From: Candidatus Levybacteria bacterium RIFCSPHIGHO2_02_FULL_40_18
GTDB taxonomy: Bacteria > Patescibacteriota > Microgenomatia > Levybacterales > GWA1-39-11
Reading direction: 5' to 3'
Assembly (NCBI GenBank): GCA_001782235.1
Contig: MFOC01000007.1
Span: 86,799-150,798, forward strand
DNA: 64,000 bases
The notes under the pieces were generated by a model, which saw only the letters and a list, made by a program, of their open reading frames with translations, was not told the origin of the DNA and searched no databases. Made by a program: the position numbers and the translations under genes. Positions 27,196-36,505 of the stretch are shown one piece after another (within the stretch, counting starts at the first letter, position 1; each line of letters starts with the position of its first letter).

Positions 27196-28479
27196 CTATT
27201 TCTGAGAGGCCATGTCCATACCCATATCCGCCACAGCCATAAGAAGAAACAGAAGACCTAGCAGTCCTATCCCGCCAATTGTTTTTGCCTTTTTGATGGC
27301 GGCTTCTCTCTTTAATTTTTTTTCAGCTTTTTGTTCCGGAGAATCTTTAGGATCATCCTGCAATTCATGAAAAATAGCATTTACAGCTGTTTCAAGATTA
27401 CCGCTTTTTAATGCATTTTTTACTTCTCTTGCGGTTTTAGTGTCTACTTGTGCAGTGCGGACCTTTTCAAGATAAATTTGCATGCCCTGGTCCTGCCTTA
27501 GGTAGTCTGAAGCTTTTTCATAAAAAGATACATATTCTCTTTCCAATGCAAGCTCTCGTTCTAACTGTTTTCTCGTTTCTCCATCAAGATTTCCACTATT
27601 TAAGCTCTTCTGAATTTCTTGTACTCTACTTGAAGCTCTTGTAGAGAGCGTATCAAGATCCAAGTTCTGCATAATTTTTGCAGCGGTTTCTGGGTCAAGC
27701 AAATTTCTACCTGCGAGCGAATCTAAAAACTCTTGTTTTTGAGCTGGATCTTCAATAGTGCGTTCAGCAAACCCCCGCATGTCTTCTGTGGTTATAATTT
27801 CTGTTTCATCCGCAGCTTTTTTGCTGAGAGCATTTATATTATTTGAGTCTTTTCCTTCAAGCGCTTGTTCTCCTCCTTGGAGCACATCTATATGCAACTG
27901 GAGTAGCTCCCTTTGCCCGGGGGGCATGCGTGCCATTATTACAGAAGCAGCATCCGGGTTAGAAGTTAAAATTGATTGTTGGATTTGCTCTCGCGTTAAA
28001 GTTTCTGGGACTTGTACATTTTCATTTTCAGGATCCTGCAAGAAACAGGAAAATTTTCCATCTGCAGTTACCTCAAGGCTTTTTACAGTCATTACCTTAC
28101 CGTCTTTTGTATATTTCAAAGGGTCACTGGATTTAAATGTTAGTGCCTCACCTGTATGAGTGCCATCGCTCAAGGTTTCTATTTGCCACATTCCAAAGAG
28201 TAGATTTTTACCCTTATCAGTTTCGAGCAAATTGATTCTTTCCTGCTCTGTCAAGCCCTCGACTTCTTGAGCTGCTTGCCTCATTTCCCTGTAGACCGAG
28301 CGGCTTCCCACAGTCCCTATCTCTCTTATTTGAGTTTGCCTGGAGACTTCTCTTTCTGAAGTTCTTGATTCCTCTTGTTCAAGAGATGAGTCCTGGCGAG
28401 AAGGAGTATCTCGCTGCACTGGTGGCGGCACTACAGCTGTTGCTTCAGGGGTCGCACCTTCTATTGCGTCTGGTCCCAT
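27196..28479 (-). CDS. Tail-anchored coiled-coil protein, unknown family
   Basis: Start taken at M21 (MGPDAIEG..) to avoid overlap with the divergent gene; E/Q/K-rich helical body; C-terminal TM IGGIGLLGLLFLLMAVADMGM. Confidence 0.5.
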   Translation of the reverse strand: MGPDAIEGATPEATAVVPPPVQRDTPSRQDSSLEQEESRTSEREVSRQTQIREIGTVGSRSVYREMRQAAQEVEGLTEQERINLLETDKGKNLLFGMWQIETLSDGTHTGEALTFKSSDPLKYTKDGKVMTVKSLEVTADGKFSCFLQDPENENVQVPETLTREQIQQSILTSNPDAASVIMARMPPGQRELLQLHIDVLQGGEQALEGKDSNNINALSKKAADETEIITTEDMRGFAERTIEDPAQKQEFLDSLAGRNLLDPETAAKIMQNLDLDTLSTRASSRVQEIQKSLNSGNLDGETRKQLERELALEREYVSFYEKASDYLRQDQGMQIYLEKVRTAQVDTKTAREVKNALKSGNLETAVNAIFHELQDDPKDSPEQKAEKKLKREAAIKKAKTIGGIGLLGLLFLLMAVADMGMDMASQK

Positions 28480-28530
28480 AAACTTATCATACTTGAAAAA
28501 ACAAGCTGCTTCAAGTAATAATAGTGATAT

Positions 28531-31500
28531 ATGGTTCAATTCAATTCACATGAATTGGCAGTAGCAGGTCCTGCCACAAGACAACCGCGACAAGGGCGGA
28601 AAGAAGAGCAAGCACCCCCAGGATCGGAAACTGTTTTAAAAGTTCGGAAAAGCGCATTCTTAAGAGAAGAAACATCAGGTACTCGTGTAAGAAGCATTAG
28701 AGGACGAGAACGCGGAATCCAGTCAGAGTGGGTTTCTTTAGATGAACATATAAAAGAAGAGTATCGAATTTTTCTAAAAGACCATGCTGAAGGTTTATTA
28801 AGGCTTTACAACAACCACCAAGAAATCCTCCAAAGCGAACCTCACAGACACGATGAGGAATTATTCAACATGTTTACATCTGAGAGAAGAAACGCAGACG
28901 GTACCATTAAGAAAATAATAGATGAACAAAAAATTGAGGGCTTCTTAAAAAAACCGGAAGGATGGATGGTAACAACGCAATTACTTGAGCATCAAACCGC
29001 AATGCAATTGTTTGCGTTAGGGTTGCACGCAGCTGCTAATCCTCAGGGAGAAAGAAATGCTTTGGGTGGTAAGGTAACTATTCCACTTGGAATAGATCAG
29101 GGTATTTTAAACAGGCTTGGGAGGGAAGTGGTAGAAGGTTTAAGACTTAATGAGTTTGCTGCTACCTTTGGAGGAAGAAGAGGGGAGGCAAGAATTTTGG
29201 GCTTAATTAGGGCTCCCTGGGCAGATAATTTAAGGCGATGGCATGTAGCAGGAATAACGGGCGGTGCATCCGCTTTGGGAATAGCAGGCACCGCAATGCT
29301 TGGACCGGAGGCAATGATTGGAGCAGGTATTGCCCCATGGGCATTTCAATGGCTCCAAGCCTCAATTGGCACTGGTGTTCAGGTTGACATGAGGCAGTGT
29401 AGCGCAGCTTTTCAGGCAATAAGAACGAATCCCACAGAGGTTGAATATGTAAAAGAAGTTTTTGGAGTAGATATGCGAGATTTTGTCGATCTTGGCTATA
29501 ATCAAATCGGCCTAGCACCACATAGAGCGGTGGGAGGCAATCTTGAAACCTATACAGACGTAAACAATCTGAGAAATAATGCCGTAGGAAATATAATTAC
29601 GCGCATGGAATTCTACACCAAAATTGGTGTTCCGCTTGAGAAGCTTGATGCCTTACCCGAGCAATTTCTATATTTATATACTAACCAACAGGAGCAAACC
29701 GGAACCGAATGGCAGAGAAGAATTCAAGAAGTCTTCCTTCCGAATGCCGGAGGCATCAGAGACATAAATGGTAATAACATTGAAACTGCTCCCGGAGTTC
29801 CCAATCCGGCTTTTGACGCCAACAATTTGGATTTTGCCGGAAACATCTCAAGATACATGGATGCAAGAAGACAGATAATGGTAGGAATGGTACGGGATAT
29901 GATTCAAGAAGAAAGAAGTGCGGCGGCTTCTTTAGATCAATCAAAGCAAGCAATTACCCAAATGATAACAGAGAGAAGATCTGAAGGTTATAGACAAAGA
30001 AGAACAGAAAGACTGGGTCAAGAAAGAACAAGACTCGAAGCCTATAGAAATATTTTAGATGGGCAGACAGGTGCATTCACTATATATAACCAAACAATAA
30101 CGGAGCTTAATGAAGAGAGAACAAATCTTGCGACCGAACTTTCAAGGACTTTTGCAGGAGCATTTGGAGGAGATGTTGATGCTGCTTTAACCTCGGCCAG
30201 AAGTATTTTATCGACGCCTGGAACTACCATAACTATTAATGGAAATGTAATTGCTTCTACTCGTCAGAGATTTACAGATCTTGATGCCTGGAGGTCAACA
30301 GAGATAGCCGATATAAAAAATCACAGACCAGCACATTTAGACCCGACAGACGATGAGTATCCAGTATGGGTTCAATCAGAGAGAGAAAGAATACTTAGCG
30401 ATTATCAGAACCAGAAAGCTGATATTCAAGCAGATGTAAATATAATCAACCAGCAGATTGAAAATCTTGAGGGGTTTAGAACTAGAGTTACAGTAGCTGA
30501 AAGGCGGCTTGAGAACAACGAAGAGGGACAGCCATCAAGGATTCTCATTCAACAACTCGAGGGTTGGGAGAGGGATCGCGCTCAAATTACTGGTTGGGGC
30601 ACGCCTGCTAATGTTTTGGATAATGCGTTTTTAGCTAGCGGCGATATAGATGCGATTATGGCAAGAATTAACACTGCTAATGCTGCTACTCCCGCAAACG
30701 GTTGGCCGGAGGCAAGAAATAATGATCCGGCTTATAGAACTCGAGTTTTTCAAGCAGTTCTTGAGTCAAGAGCTCAAGTAGCAGAAGCAGCTGACACAAC
30801 AAGAGCAGCAAGACTTCCTGATTATGTCATTATAACTAACCCTGCAGTATGGAATATTAGTCAGAATGAGTTAAGACACATGACTCCTGCCGATTTAACA
30901 GCCGCACTAACAGCAAGGGCCCCGGCATTAGGGGGAATACCAATTCCAAATCCAGCTCAAATTGAAAACGCTATTCGTGAAGCACAAAATAGAATTCAAG
31001 TTAGATTAGGAGCTATCACAGAGCAAACAAGAATTACTGACGAAGCGATAGAAAACAGAAGGTTCCAAATAGAAGGCGTTAACTTTGATGATGAGATCAG
31101 ACAACTTGAAACAGCATTAACTTTGCTTAATCGACAGCCGGATATTATTGCAGGACGCCCGACTCGTGAGAATCGTGCTACATTTACCGACAGGACTGTT
31201 ATGGCAGGAGATACAACATATTCACAATCTGAAAGAGACGTAGGTTCTGTCAGGGGCTATTATGAATTTATGAATCTCCTCTTTAATTATAGAGAAAGAG
31301 GCGTAGTTGAGGGAGTGGACCGCGACGAATATTTTAGAAGAATTTCTCAAGTTTTACCACCAGCAAGATTAGGGCAATTACTAAATGAAGCTTTGGGATT
31401 GGGAGGTTCCGGAATAAATCTCAATACTGTCTTAGCAAGACTTGATGCAAGACTTGCCTCAGGACAAATAAACGACAGAGATATGGTAAGGGTTTTATTC

Positions 31501-31545
31501 AATGTAATAGAAAGAAATAGACTTGAGGCTCTTGCCCTAAGTTAA
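28531..31545 (+). CDS. Large (1004 aa) orphan protein with a Gly/Ala-rich hydrophobic hairpin and a long R/E/Q-rich helical region
   Basis: Uninterrupted 3-kb ORF; hydrophobic ITGGASALGIAGTAMLGPEAMIGAGIAPWAFQWLQASIGTG at aa ~240-285; no family recognised. Confidence 0.6.
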   Translation: MVQFNSHELAVAGPATRQPRQGRKEEQAPPGSETVLKVRKSAFLREETSGTRVRSIRGRERGIQSEWVSLDEHIKEEYRIFLKDHAEGLLRLYNNHQEILQSEPHRHDEELFNMFTSERRNADGTIKKIIDEQKIEGFLKKPEGWMVTTQLLEHQTAMQLFALGLHAAANPQGERNALGGKVTIPLGIDQGILNRLGREVVEGLRLNEFAATFGGRRGEARILGLIRAPWADNLRRWHVAGITGGASALGIAGTAMLGPEAMIGAGIAPWAFQWLQASIGTGVQVDMRQCSAAFQAIRTNPTEVEYVKEVFGVDMRDFVDLGYNQIGLAPHRAVGGNLETYTDVNNLRNNAVGNIITRMEFYTKIGVPLEKLDALPEQFLYLYTNQQEQTGTEWQRRIQEVFLPNAGGIRDINGNNIETAPGVPNPAFDANNLDFAGNISRYMDARRQIMVGMVRDMIQEERSAAASLDQSKQAITQMITERRSEGYRQRRTERLGQERTRLEAYRNILDGQTGAFTIYNQTITELNEERTNLATELSRTFAGAFGGDVDAALTSARSILSTPGTTITINGNVIASTRQRFTDLDAWRSTEIADIKNHRPAHLDPTDDEYPVWVQSERERILSDYQNQKADIQADVNIINQQIENLEGFRTRVTVAERRLENNEEGQPSRILIQQLEGWERDRAQITGWGTPANVLDNAFLASGDIDAIMARINTANAATPANGWPEARNNDPAYRTRVFQAVLESRAQVAEAADTTRAARLPDYVIITNPAVWNISQNELRHMTPADLTAALTARAPALGGIPIPNPAQIENAIREAQNRIQVRLGAITEQTRITDEAIENRRFQIEGVNFDDEIRQLETALTLLNRQPDIIAGRPTRENRATFTDRTVMAGDTTYSQSERDVGSVRGYYEFMNLLFNYRERGVVEGVDRDEYFRRISQVLPPARLGQLLNEALGLGGSGINLNTVLARLDARLASGQINDRDMVRVLFNVIERNRLEALALS

Positions 31546-31553
31546 AGTATTAT

Positions 31554-31901
31554 ATGAGTCTACAGACTAAAGATTTAATAAAAATATTACCCTTTGACGA
31601 GGCTTTTAAGAAAGAGCTTGGTGATTCCTTCGATAGCTTAGACACTGACAAAAGAAATAGTATTGAAAAGCTGCTTTGGGGAACATATTTTGCTCTTTAT
31701 GACTTTAAATTAAATGAGAACCTTTCAATTGCTCTTGCGGAAGCAAAAAAAAACAGAGAAAAGCTAGATGAGAATTTTTATTGGAGAGTGAAAGAATTGA
31801 CGGATCGGGAGATAGAACATGTAAGCGCTGAAGATATAAAAACAGCCGATTTAGAAGAAGCAAGAGATAAACTCGCAGAAATTGTAAGCCCTGATAAATG
31901 A
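31554..31901 (+). CDS. Hypothetical helical protein (115 aa), co-oriented with the 1004-aa gene
   Basis: 8-nt gap after the preceding stop; acidic, helical. Confidence 0.45.
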   Translation: MSLQTKDLIKILPFDEAFKKELGDSFDSLDTDKRNSIEKLLWGTYFALYDFKLNENLSIALAEAKKNREKLDENFYWRVKELTDREIEHVSAEDIKTADLEEARDKLAEIVSPDK

Positions 31902-32210
31902 CTATCTTGGGGCGAGCTGCCCTACGCCCGTGATTTGGGATATGGCGTTAAGGAAGAAAAATGAGAGAAAGATAAATATCAGACCAGCAAGCGCATAGAC
32001 TAAAGTTTTCCTAGCGCTTGATATCTTTTCAGGATCCCCTTCTGACATAACATATTTATATCCTGCATAAATTATCATAAAAACCGATACAATACCCGCA
32101 ATTACAATAAGGGCATTGATGATATTTTGAAGAACCACAGGGATACACGAAAGAGTTGCGACGCCCTCAGGGCTAACACAACTTCCCCAATCAGAAATAA
32201 TATCAAACAT
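31902..32210 (-). CDS. VirB2/TrbC-type T4SS pilin paralogue 1
   Basis: 102 aa, two TM; motif YAGYKYVMSEGDPEKISSARKTLVYALAGLIF. Confidence 0.65.
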   Translation of the reverse strand: MFDIISDWGSCVSPEGVATLSCIPVVLQNIINALIVIAGIVSVFMIIYAGYKYVMSEGDPEKISSARKTLVYALAGLIFIFLSFFFLNAISQITGVGQLAPR

Positions 32211-32260
32211 ATATATATTTTATAGATAACCTAATCTTAAAATCAATAAAGAAGGTTTTG

Positions 32261-32659
32261 TTATTTGAATTCAGGGAGGGTGAGGATCTTGAGATTTCTT
32301 AGGTCTCCAAGTCCAAGAGCCTGAAGCACAACATTTATAATGACAAAAGAAAGAGCTATTATAATAAGACCTATTACTGCGGCAATTATATGATTTCTTG
32401 CATCTGCAACTTTTTGTTTGTCTCCGCCTGATGTGATCCACTGAAATGCCCCAATGACTATAAAAAGAAGTGCCGCCAAAAAGGCTATAACTATTATAAA
32501 GGCAACCAAAAACCCTACCACTTGGCCAATGGTTGTTTCAGGAGGAATAACAGTTGCGCCCGCGGGAGTTTTGACTCCGGCATCTATCGCGGCAAAAGCA
32601 GGTGCGGCAAGTGAGGAATAAGAAATTAGAGCGAAGGCACCTGATAATATCTTTCTCAT
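32261..32659 (-). CDS. VirB2/TrbC-type T4SS pilin paralogue 2
   Basis: 132 aa; signal peptide ..SSLAAPAFA; GAFQWITSGGDKQKVADARNHIIAAVIGLII. Confidence 0.7.
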   Translation of the reverse strand: MRKILSGAFALISYSSLAAPAFAAIDAGVKTPAGATVIPPETTIGQVVGFLVAFIIVIAFLAALLFIVIGAFQWITSGGDKQKVADARNHIIAAVIGLIIIALSFVIINVVLQALGLGDLRNLKILTLPEFK

Positions 32660-32698
32660 AAATTAATTAGAGCATGTTTCAAACCCTTTGTCAATAGT

Positions 32699-33034
32699 CT
32701 ATGGATTAACAACTGTTTTAACACCAAACGCGCCTGCTACGAGATTTACAAAGACAAGCGCCAATGACATAACTATTAATCCAAATATCGCATAGATAAC
32801 TATTCTTCTTGCTTTATCCCATTTTTGCTTGTCCCCGGACGCTTGTAGCCAATAAAAACCCCCATAAACAATATAGAATAGAGAAAGAAAAATTCCAATA
32901 ATTAGCGCTAGTTGAATGAAAAAAGATGCAATATTGCCTATTGTAAATTGAGGTCCGGTAGGAATACCGGGAGGCGCCTCAATATCAACTTGGCCTCCGC
33001 CTGAACCCGGTACTTTTAATGATAAATATCTCAT
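32699..33034 (-). CDS. VirB2/TrbC-type T4SS pilin paralogue 3
   Basis: 111 aa; GGFYWLQASGDKQKWDKARRIVIYAIFGLIV. Confidence 0.65.
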   Translation of the reverse strand: MRYLSLKVPGSGGGQVDIEAPPGIPTGPQFTIGNIASFFIQLALIIGIFLSLFYIVYGGFYWLQASGDKQKWDKARRIVIYAIFGLIVMSLALVFVNLVAGAFGVKTVVNP

Positions 33035-33168
33035 ATTAGAAATTGGTTATTAATAATTAGAAAATAGTTCAGAAATTAGAAATTAGAAATTGGTTCTTGA
33101 TTTTTAACTATTTTCTATTCTCTATTTTCCATTACCATTTTCCATTCTCCTATAACTATTTTCTAATA
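33035..33168. repeat. Quasi-palindromic heptamer spacer (GAAATTA/GAAAATA family), orientation A
   Basis: Arms of about 62 nt, about 70% complementary; core 33084-33135 is the perfect reverse complement of 34625-34676. Confidence 0.8.
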
Positions 33169-33171
33169 TAT

Positions 33172-34530
33172 TTAGCGGGTGATTCCTGGTATTTTCAAAA
33201 TATCAACTCCTATTATCTCAAGTATAACAATTGAGAAAATGATGAACAACAATCCTACGACTGCAGAAGTTATCGTTTCCCTTGCTCCTGCGATTTTCTC
33301 TTTATCCCCTCCTGACGTTATTAATATATAGCCTGAGTAGATTATTATTATGATTGCCCCAAATCCCGCAATTGTTAATATAAATCTAAAAATTGTCTCA
33401 ATGAATCCTTTTGGAGTGACATTAATTGGTCCGATTGCCGAATTTATGGTTTTACAGTCACCAGGGCGAAGATTAATATCACCTTCCCCACTTCCACAAG
33501 GCAGTATTGCACCGGGAGCAACCTTATTTAACGCCGCAAGGTCTTTAAGAAAGGTACGATACTCCTCGCCTTTGGGATCTTGTCTATAATGCAGGGGATC
33601 ATCACATGTTCCACCTTCCTTATTATTAGCTGATGTGATTATGCATGTTGCTTCATAATATGTAAATCCACCTTTACAACCAGGTGGGTTTGGAACTGAA
33701 GGAAATACGCTGACGCTTACCCAAGCCCATGCGGTTGGGTTATCATCATCAACCTGTTCTCTTACAGTTATTGTGTATTTTCCAGCGGAAAGTTTTTGAA
33801 ACTCAATTCTTTTTCCACTCTCATTCTCGCTCGTAAAGGCAAGACATCCTCCCTGTCGGTAACCATTGTTTCCAATCATCAAAATTTGGTAGTTATTCCT
33901 TCTCCACCCTCCAGGCCTGAACGAATTATTAATGGCATTGCCTAGATTTACGGTGATTGTTGCGCCAGGTCTCAAGTCTGTACCAGGATAGATTGATAGA
34001 GAAGGATAAGTTCTATGAACATAAAAACCTCCTATTTTAATTGGTTTGTAATAGGCATCTTTTATTAGGGTTCCGATACTCAGCGCATAGACATTCCCAC
34101 CATGAAAATAGACAGTGCCACCACAGTCAGTTTTGACCTTGCTACTTCCTGCTCCGCATACCCCCTTAACAGTTACATTGCCTTTGCTATCTGATTTTAG
34201 CCCTAAGATAAAATTGTCCAATATATCTGGGCCGTTTATCCCAGGTACAAATCCTTCTTCTCTAAGACATGCGCTGTCTCCCGTACAAATTATATAACCA
34301 GACTTATCACTCTCAAGTCCATAAAAAGTAATATCAATTATTTTATCTGCTTCATCAAGACATTCAGGTCGCTCGCTTGTTGAAAATTCAACGTCTGTTC
34401 CCTCAAGAATTGTCTCAGTGGGAGAAGGACTTGTCTGACATGGATCAAGCTGGGCAAAAGCAGGAGTTTTGAAAAGTAAAAATATCGCGGCGAAGAGGAA
34501 GGACGCGGTTAATATAAGAAGCTTCTTCAT
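33172..34530 (-). CDS. Secreted Cys-rich protein with a C-terminal T4SS-pilin domain (candidate pilus adhesin)
   Basis: Start taken at MKKLLILTASFLFAAIFLLF (signal peptide). About 380-aa domain with >14 Cys. C-terminus IIIIIYSGYILITSGGDKEKIAGARETITSAVVGLLFIIF has the same motif as the three short pilins. Confidence 0.65.
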   Translation of the reverse strand: MKKLLILTASFLFAAIFLLFKTPAFAQLDPCQTSPSPTETILEGTDVEFSTSERPECLDEADKIIDITFYGLESDKSGYIICTGDSACLREEGFVPGINGPDILDNFILGLKSDSKGNVTVKGVCGAGSSKVKTDCGGTVYFHGGNVYALSIGTLIKDAYYKPIKIGGFYVHRTYPSLSIYPGTDLRPGATITVNLGNAINNSFRPGGWRRNNYQILMIGNNGYRQGGCLAFTSENESGKRIEFQKLSAGKYTITVREQVDDDNPTAWAWVSVSVFPSVPNPPGCKGGFTYYEATCIITSANNKEGGTCDDPLHYRQDPKGEEYRTFLKDLAALNKVAPGAILPCGSGEGDINLRPGDCKTINSAIGPINVTPKGFIETIFRFILTIAGFGAIIIIIYSGYILITSGGDKEKIAGARETITSAVVGLLFIIFSIVILEIIGVDILKIPGITR

Positions 34531-34572
34531 ATATTTATGATAGGCAGAAGGAGTAGGGGAAGTCAACATCCG

Positions 34573-34722
34573 CTAGAAATTAGTTATTAATAATTAGAAA
34601 ATAGTTGTTGGAAAATGGAAATTAGTAATGGAAAATAGAGAATAGAAAATAGTTAAAAATCAAGAACCAATTTCTAGTTTCTAATTTCCGAACCATTCTC
34701 TAATTTCCCATAACTACTTTCT
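34573..34722. repeat. Quasi-palindromic heptamer spacer, orientation B (inverted relative to 33035-33168)
   Basis: 34625-34676 is the exact reverse complement of 33084-33135; right arm 34666-34698 is the reverse complement of 36073-36105 (1 mismatch). Confidence 0.8.
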
Positions 34723-34723
34723 G

Positions 34724-36040
34724 CTACTCTGTGAGTTTGTAGCCGCGGCCTTTTATGGTTTGGATAGAATTAGGATTATTGGGATCATCTTCTATTTTCT
34801 TTCGTAAGCGATAAATTATTTGATCAAGGGCTTGGTCTGTTACACCTTCTTGAGTTTTAGTGTCTTTCCAGACATTTGAGATTATTTCGTCTTTTTCACA
34901 TACCCGCCCTTGGTTTTGAAGCAAAAATCTAAGTAGTCTAAACTCCTGCGGAGAAAGAATTTCGGTTAAGTTTTGATCTCCCTTGAGGATCTCATTGCGC
35001 TCCTGATCATAAGACAATCTTGGGGAGGTGGGGGTTAAAGTTTTTAGGTATGTGTCGAACAATGGAATAACGAGTTTGCCATCACGGGTTAGTCCTGCCT
35101 TTTCTAAAAATTCATTTTTATTATTTGCTTTTATATCCTTCTTTTCTTCCGGTGTCAGGAAATTCCATATCTCTGAAAGCGCGCTCCTAACCTGTGGTTT
35201 TAACAGTAAGACTTCGGATAATCGGCTGTTGGCTGTTGGCTGTTGGCTATTGGCCAGGGTAGCTTCATAACAAATTCGTGCGAGTTTTCCGTGGCCGCCG
35301 GTCAGTTTTATAATTTCACTTTTAATTCTTTCATCAGCCGACTTTCCCGAAATTTCTTCAAGATGCTTGAATCGAAATTCTAGTCCCACCTTATCATAAA
35401 GCGAAAGATATACTATGTTACCGATTAAAAACTCAGAGAATTCGGCATAAATAGAAGATTCTAAAACCTCCTCGATTGGACGCGTTATGCCAAAAACAGC
35501 AGTAAATCTATACTTTGCGCGGTTTCGAAGAATCTTTAAGTTAAGAAAAAAGGAAGAGTCAATATTTTGTACATATTCCTCAAAACGGTCCAGCAGAAAA
35601 ACAATATTTAATTCGCATTCATTTGCAAGATAGTCTATAGCTTTTTTTAAGTTTTGAGAAAAGACCATCTCATCGGAGAATTTAAGAGCGTCTGAGAGAA
35701 ATTTATTAACAACCGACTCTTCTTCTTTTAATCTTCTTTCGCCAAAAGAGGAAGCAATAGAGATTAAGATAAATTTTAATATGTCGGAAAGGGACCTTTT
35801 GGCTACTTCTGAGAAGTCCATATAAACAAAATGATAAGAAGATTCCCTTTTACCTAAGTGGAGCTCCCGGACCGTTCTATTATAAGGAAGTAAACGAAGC
35901 GCGTTGCTTTTCCCTGTGCCCGGTAGCCCAATTACCTGACAGGATTTGCCCGATGATACGAATTCGATAATTTTGGCGATCTCAGCCTTTCTTGTTTCTT
36001 TTGGGTATAGGCTCTCAAAATGAGAAGGCTCGATAATCAT
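34724..36040 (-). CDS. AAA/P-loop ATPase fused to an OmpR/PhoB-type winged-helix DNA-binding domain
   Basis: Walker A VIGLPGTGKSNAL, Walker B-like IVFLLDRFEEY; C-term LSPQEFRLLRFLLQNQGRVCEKDEIISNVW..ALDQIIYRLRKKIEDDP..IQTIKGRGYKL. Confidence 0.7.
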   Translation of the reverse strand: MIIEPSHFESLYPKETRKAEIAKIIEFVSSGKSCQVIGLPGTGKSNALRLLPYNRTVRELHLGKRESSYHFVYMDFSEVAKRSLSDILKFILISIASSFGERRLKEEESVVNKFLSDALKFSDEMVFSQNLKKAIDYLANECELNIVFLLDRFEEYVQNIDSSFFLNLKILRNRAKYRFTAVFGITRPIEEVLESSIYAEFSEFLIGNIVYLSLYDKVGLEFRFKHLEEISGKSADERIKSEIIKLTGGHGKLARICYEATLANSQQPTANSRLSEVLLLKPQVRSALSEIWNFLTPEEKKDIKANNKNEFLEKAGLTRDGKLVIPLFDTYLKTLTPTSPRLSYDQERNEILKGDQNLTEILSPQEFRLLRFLLQNQGRVCEKDEIISNVWKDTKTQEGVTDQALDQIIYRLRKKIEDDPNNPNSIQTIKGRGYKLTE

Positions 36041-36103
36041 AGAAAATAGAAAATAGTTATTAGAAAATAGACAATGGTTCGGAAATTAGAAAATAGAAAT
36101 TGG
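36041..36103. repeat. Purine-rich arm flanking the four-helix-bundle gene
   Basis: AGAAAATAGAAAATAGTTATTAGAAAATAGACAATGGTTCGGAAATTAGAAAATAGAAATTGG; complementary in composition and words to 36490-36552. Confidence 0.7.
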
Positions 36104-36505
36104 TTAACGATCATGGTAATTCTTCCAAGATTTCTTAAGATTCGTTAGTTGCTTACAGGAGATTATATATAAATTTATGACTTCGTTGCAAAGTTTAGGA
36201 TCGACGTATTTACTATAAACATCTATGCATACTGATAAATGATTTATCATTTCGTAACATTCACCTATCGTATCATCTATATATTTACTCCATGCTTTTT
36301 TCTGATATCTTTTGGCAAACCCCTCAGCAAGTATGGCTGGTCCTGCTTTGCAACTACGTCTCATTTGATCAACAAGATCAAACTTCTCTTCCTTCGGTAG
36401 ATTAGTAATTATTTCCTTCAATACTGTGACCATTGCCTTATATAAATTTTGGTACACCTCAAGATCTTGAAAAGTTCTGATTGGCTTTTTCTTTCTATTT
36501 TCCAT
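36104..36505 (-). CDS. Four-helix-bundle protein (23S rRNA intervening-sequence protein family)
   Basis: ..IRTFQDLEVYQNLYKAMVTVLKEIITNLPKEEKFDLVDQMRRSCKAGPAILAEGFAKRYQKKAWSKYIDDTIGECYEM.. fits the family pattern; start moved to ATG 36505 because upstream codons are repeat words. Confidence 0.75.
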   Translation of the reverse strand: MENRKKKPIRTFQDLEVYQNLYKAMVTVLKEIITNLPKEEKFDLVDQMRRSCKAGPAILAEGFAKRYQKKAWSKYIDDTIGECYEMINHLSVCIDVYSKYVDPKLCNEVINLYIISCKQLTNLKKSWKNYHDR

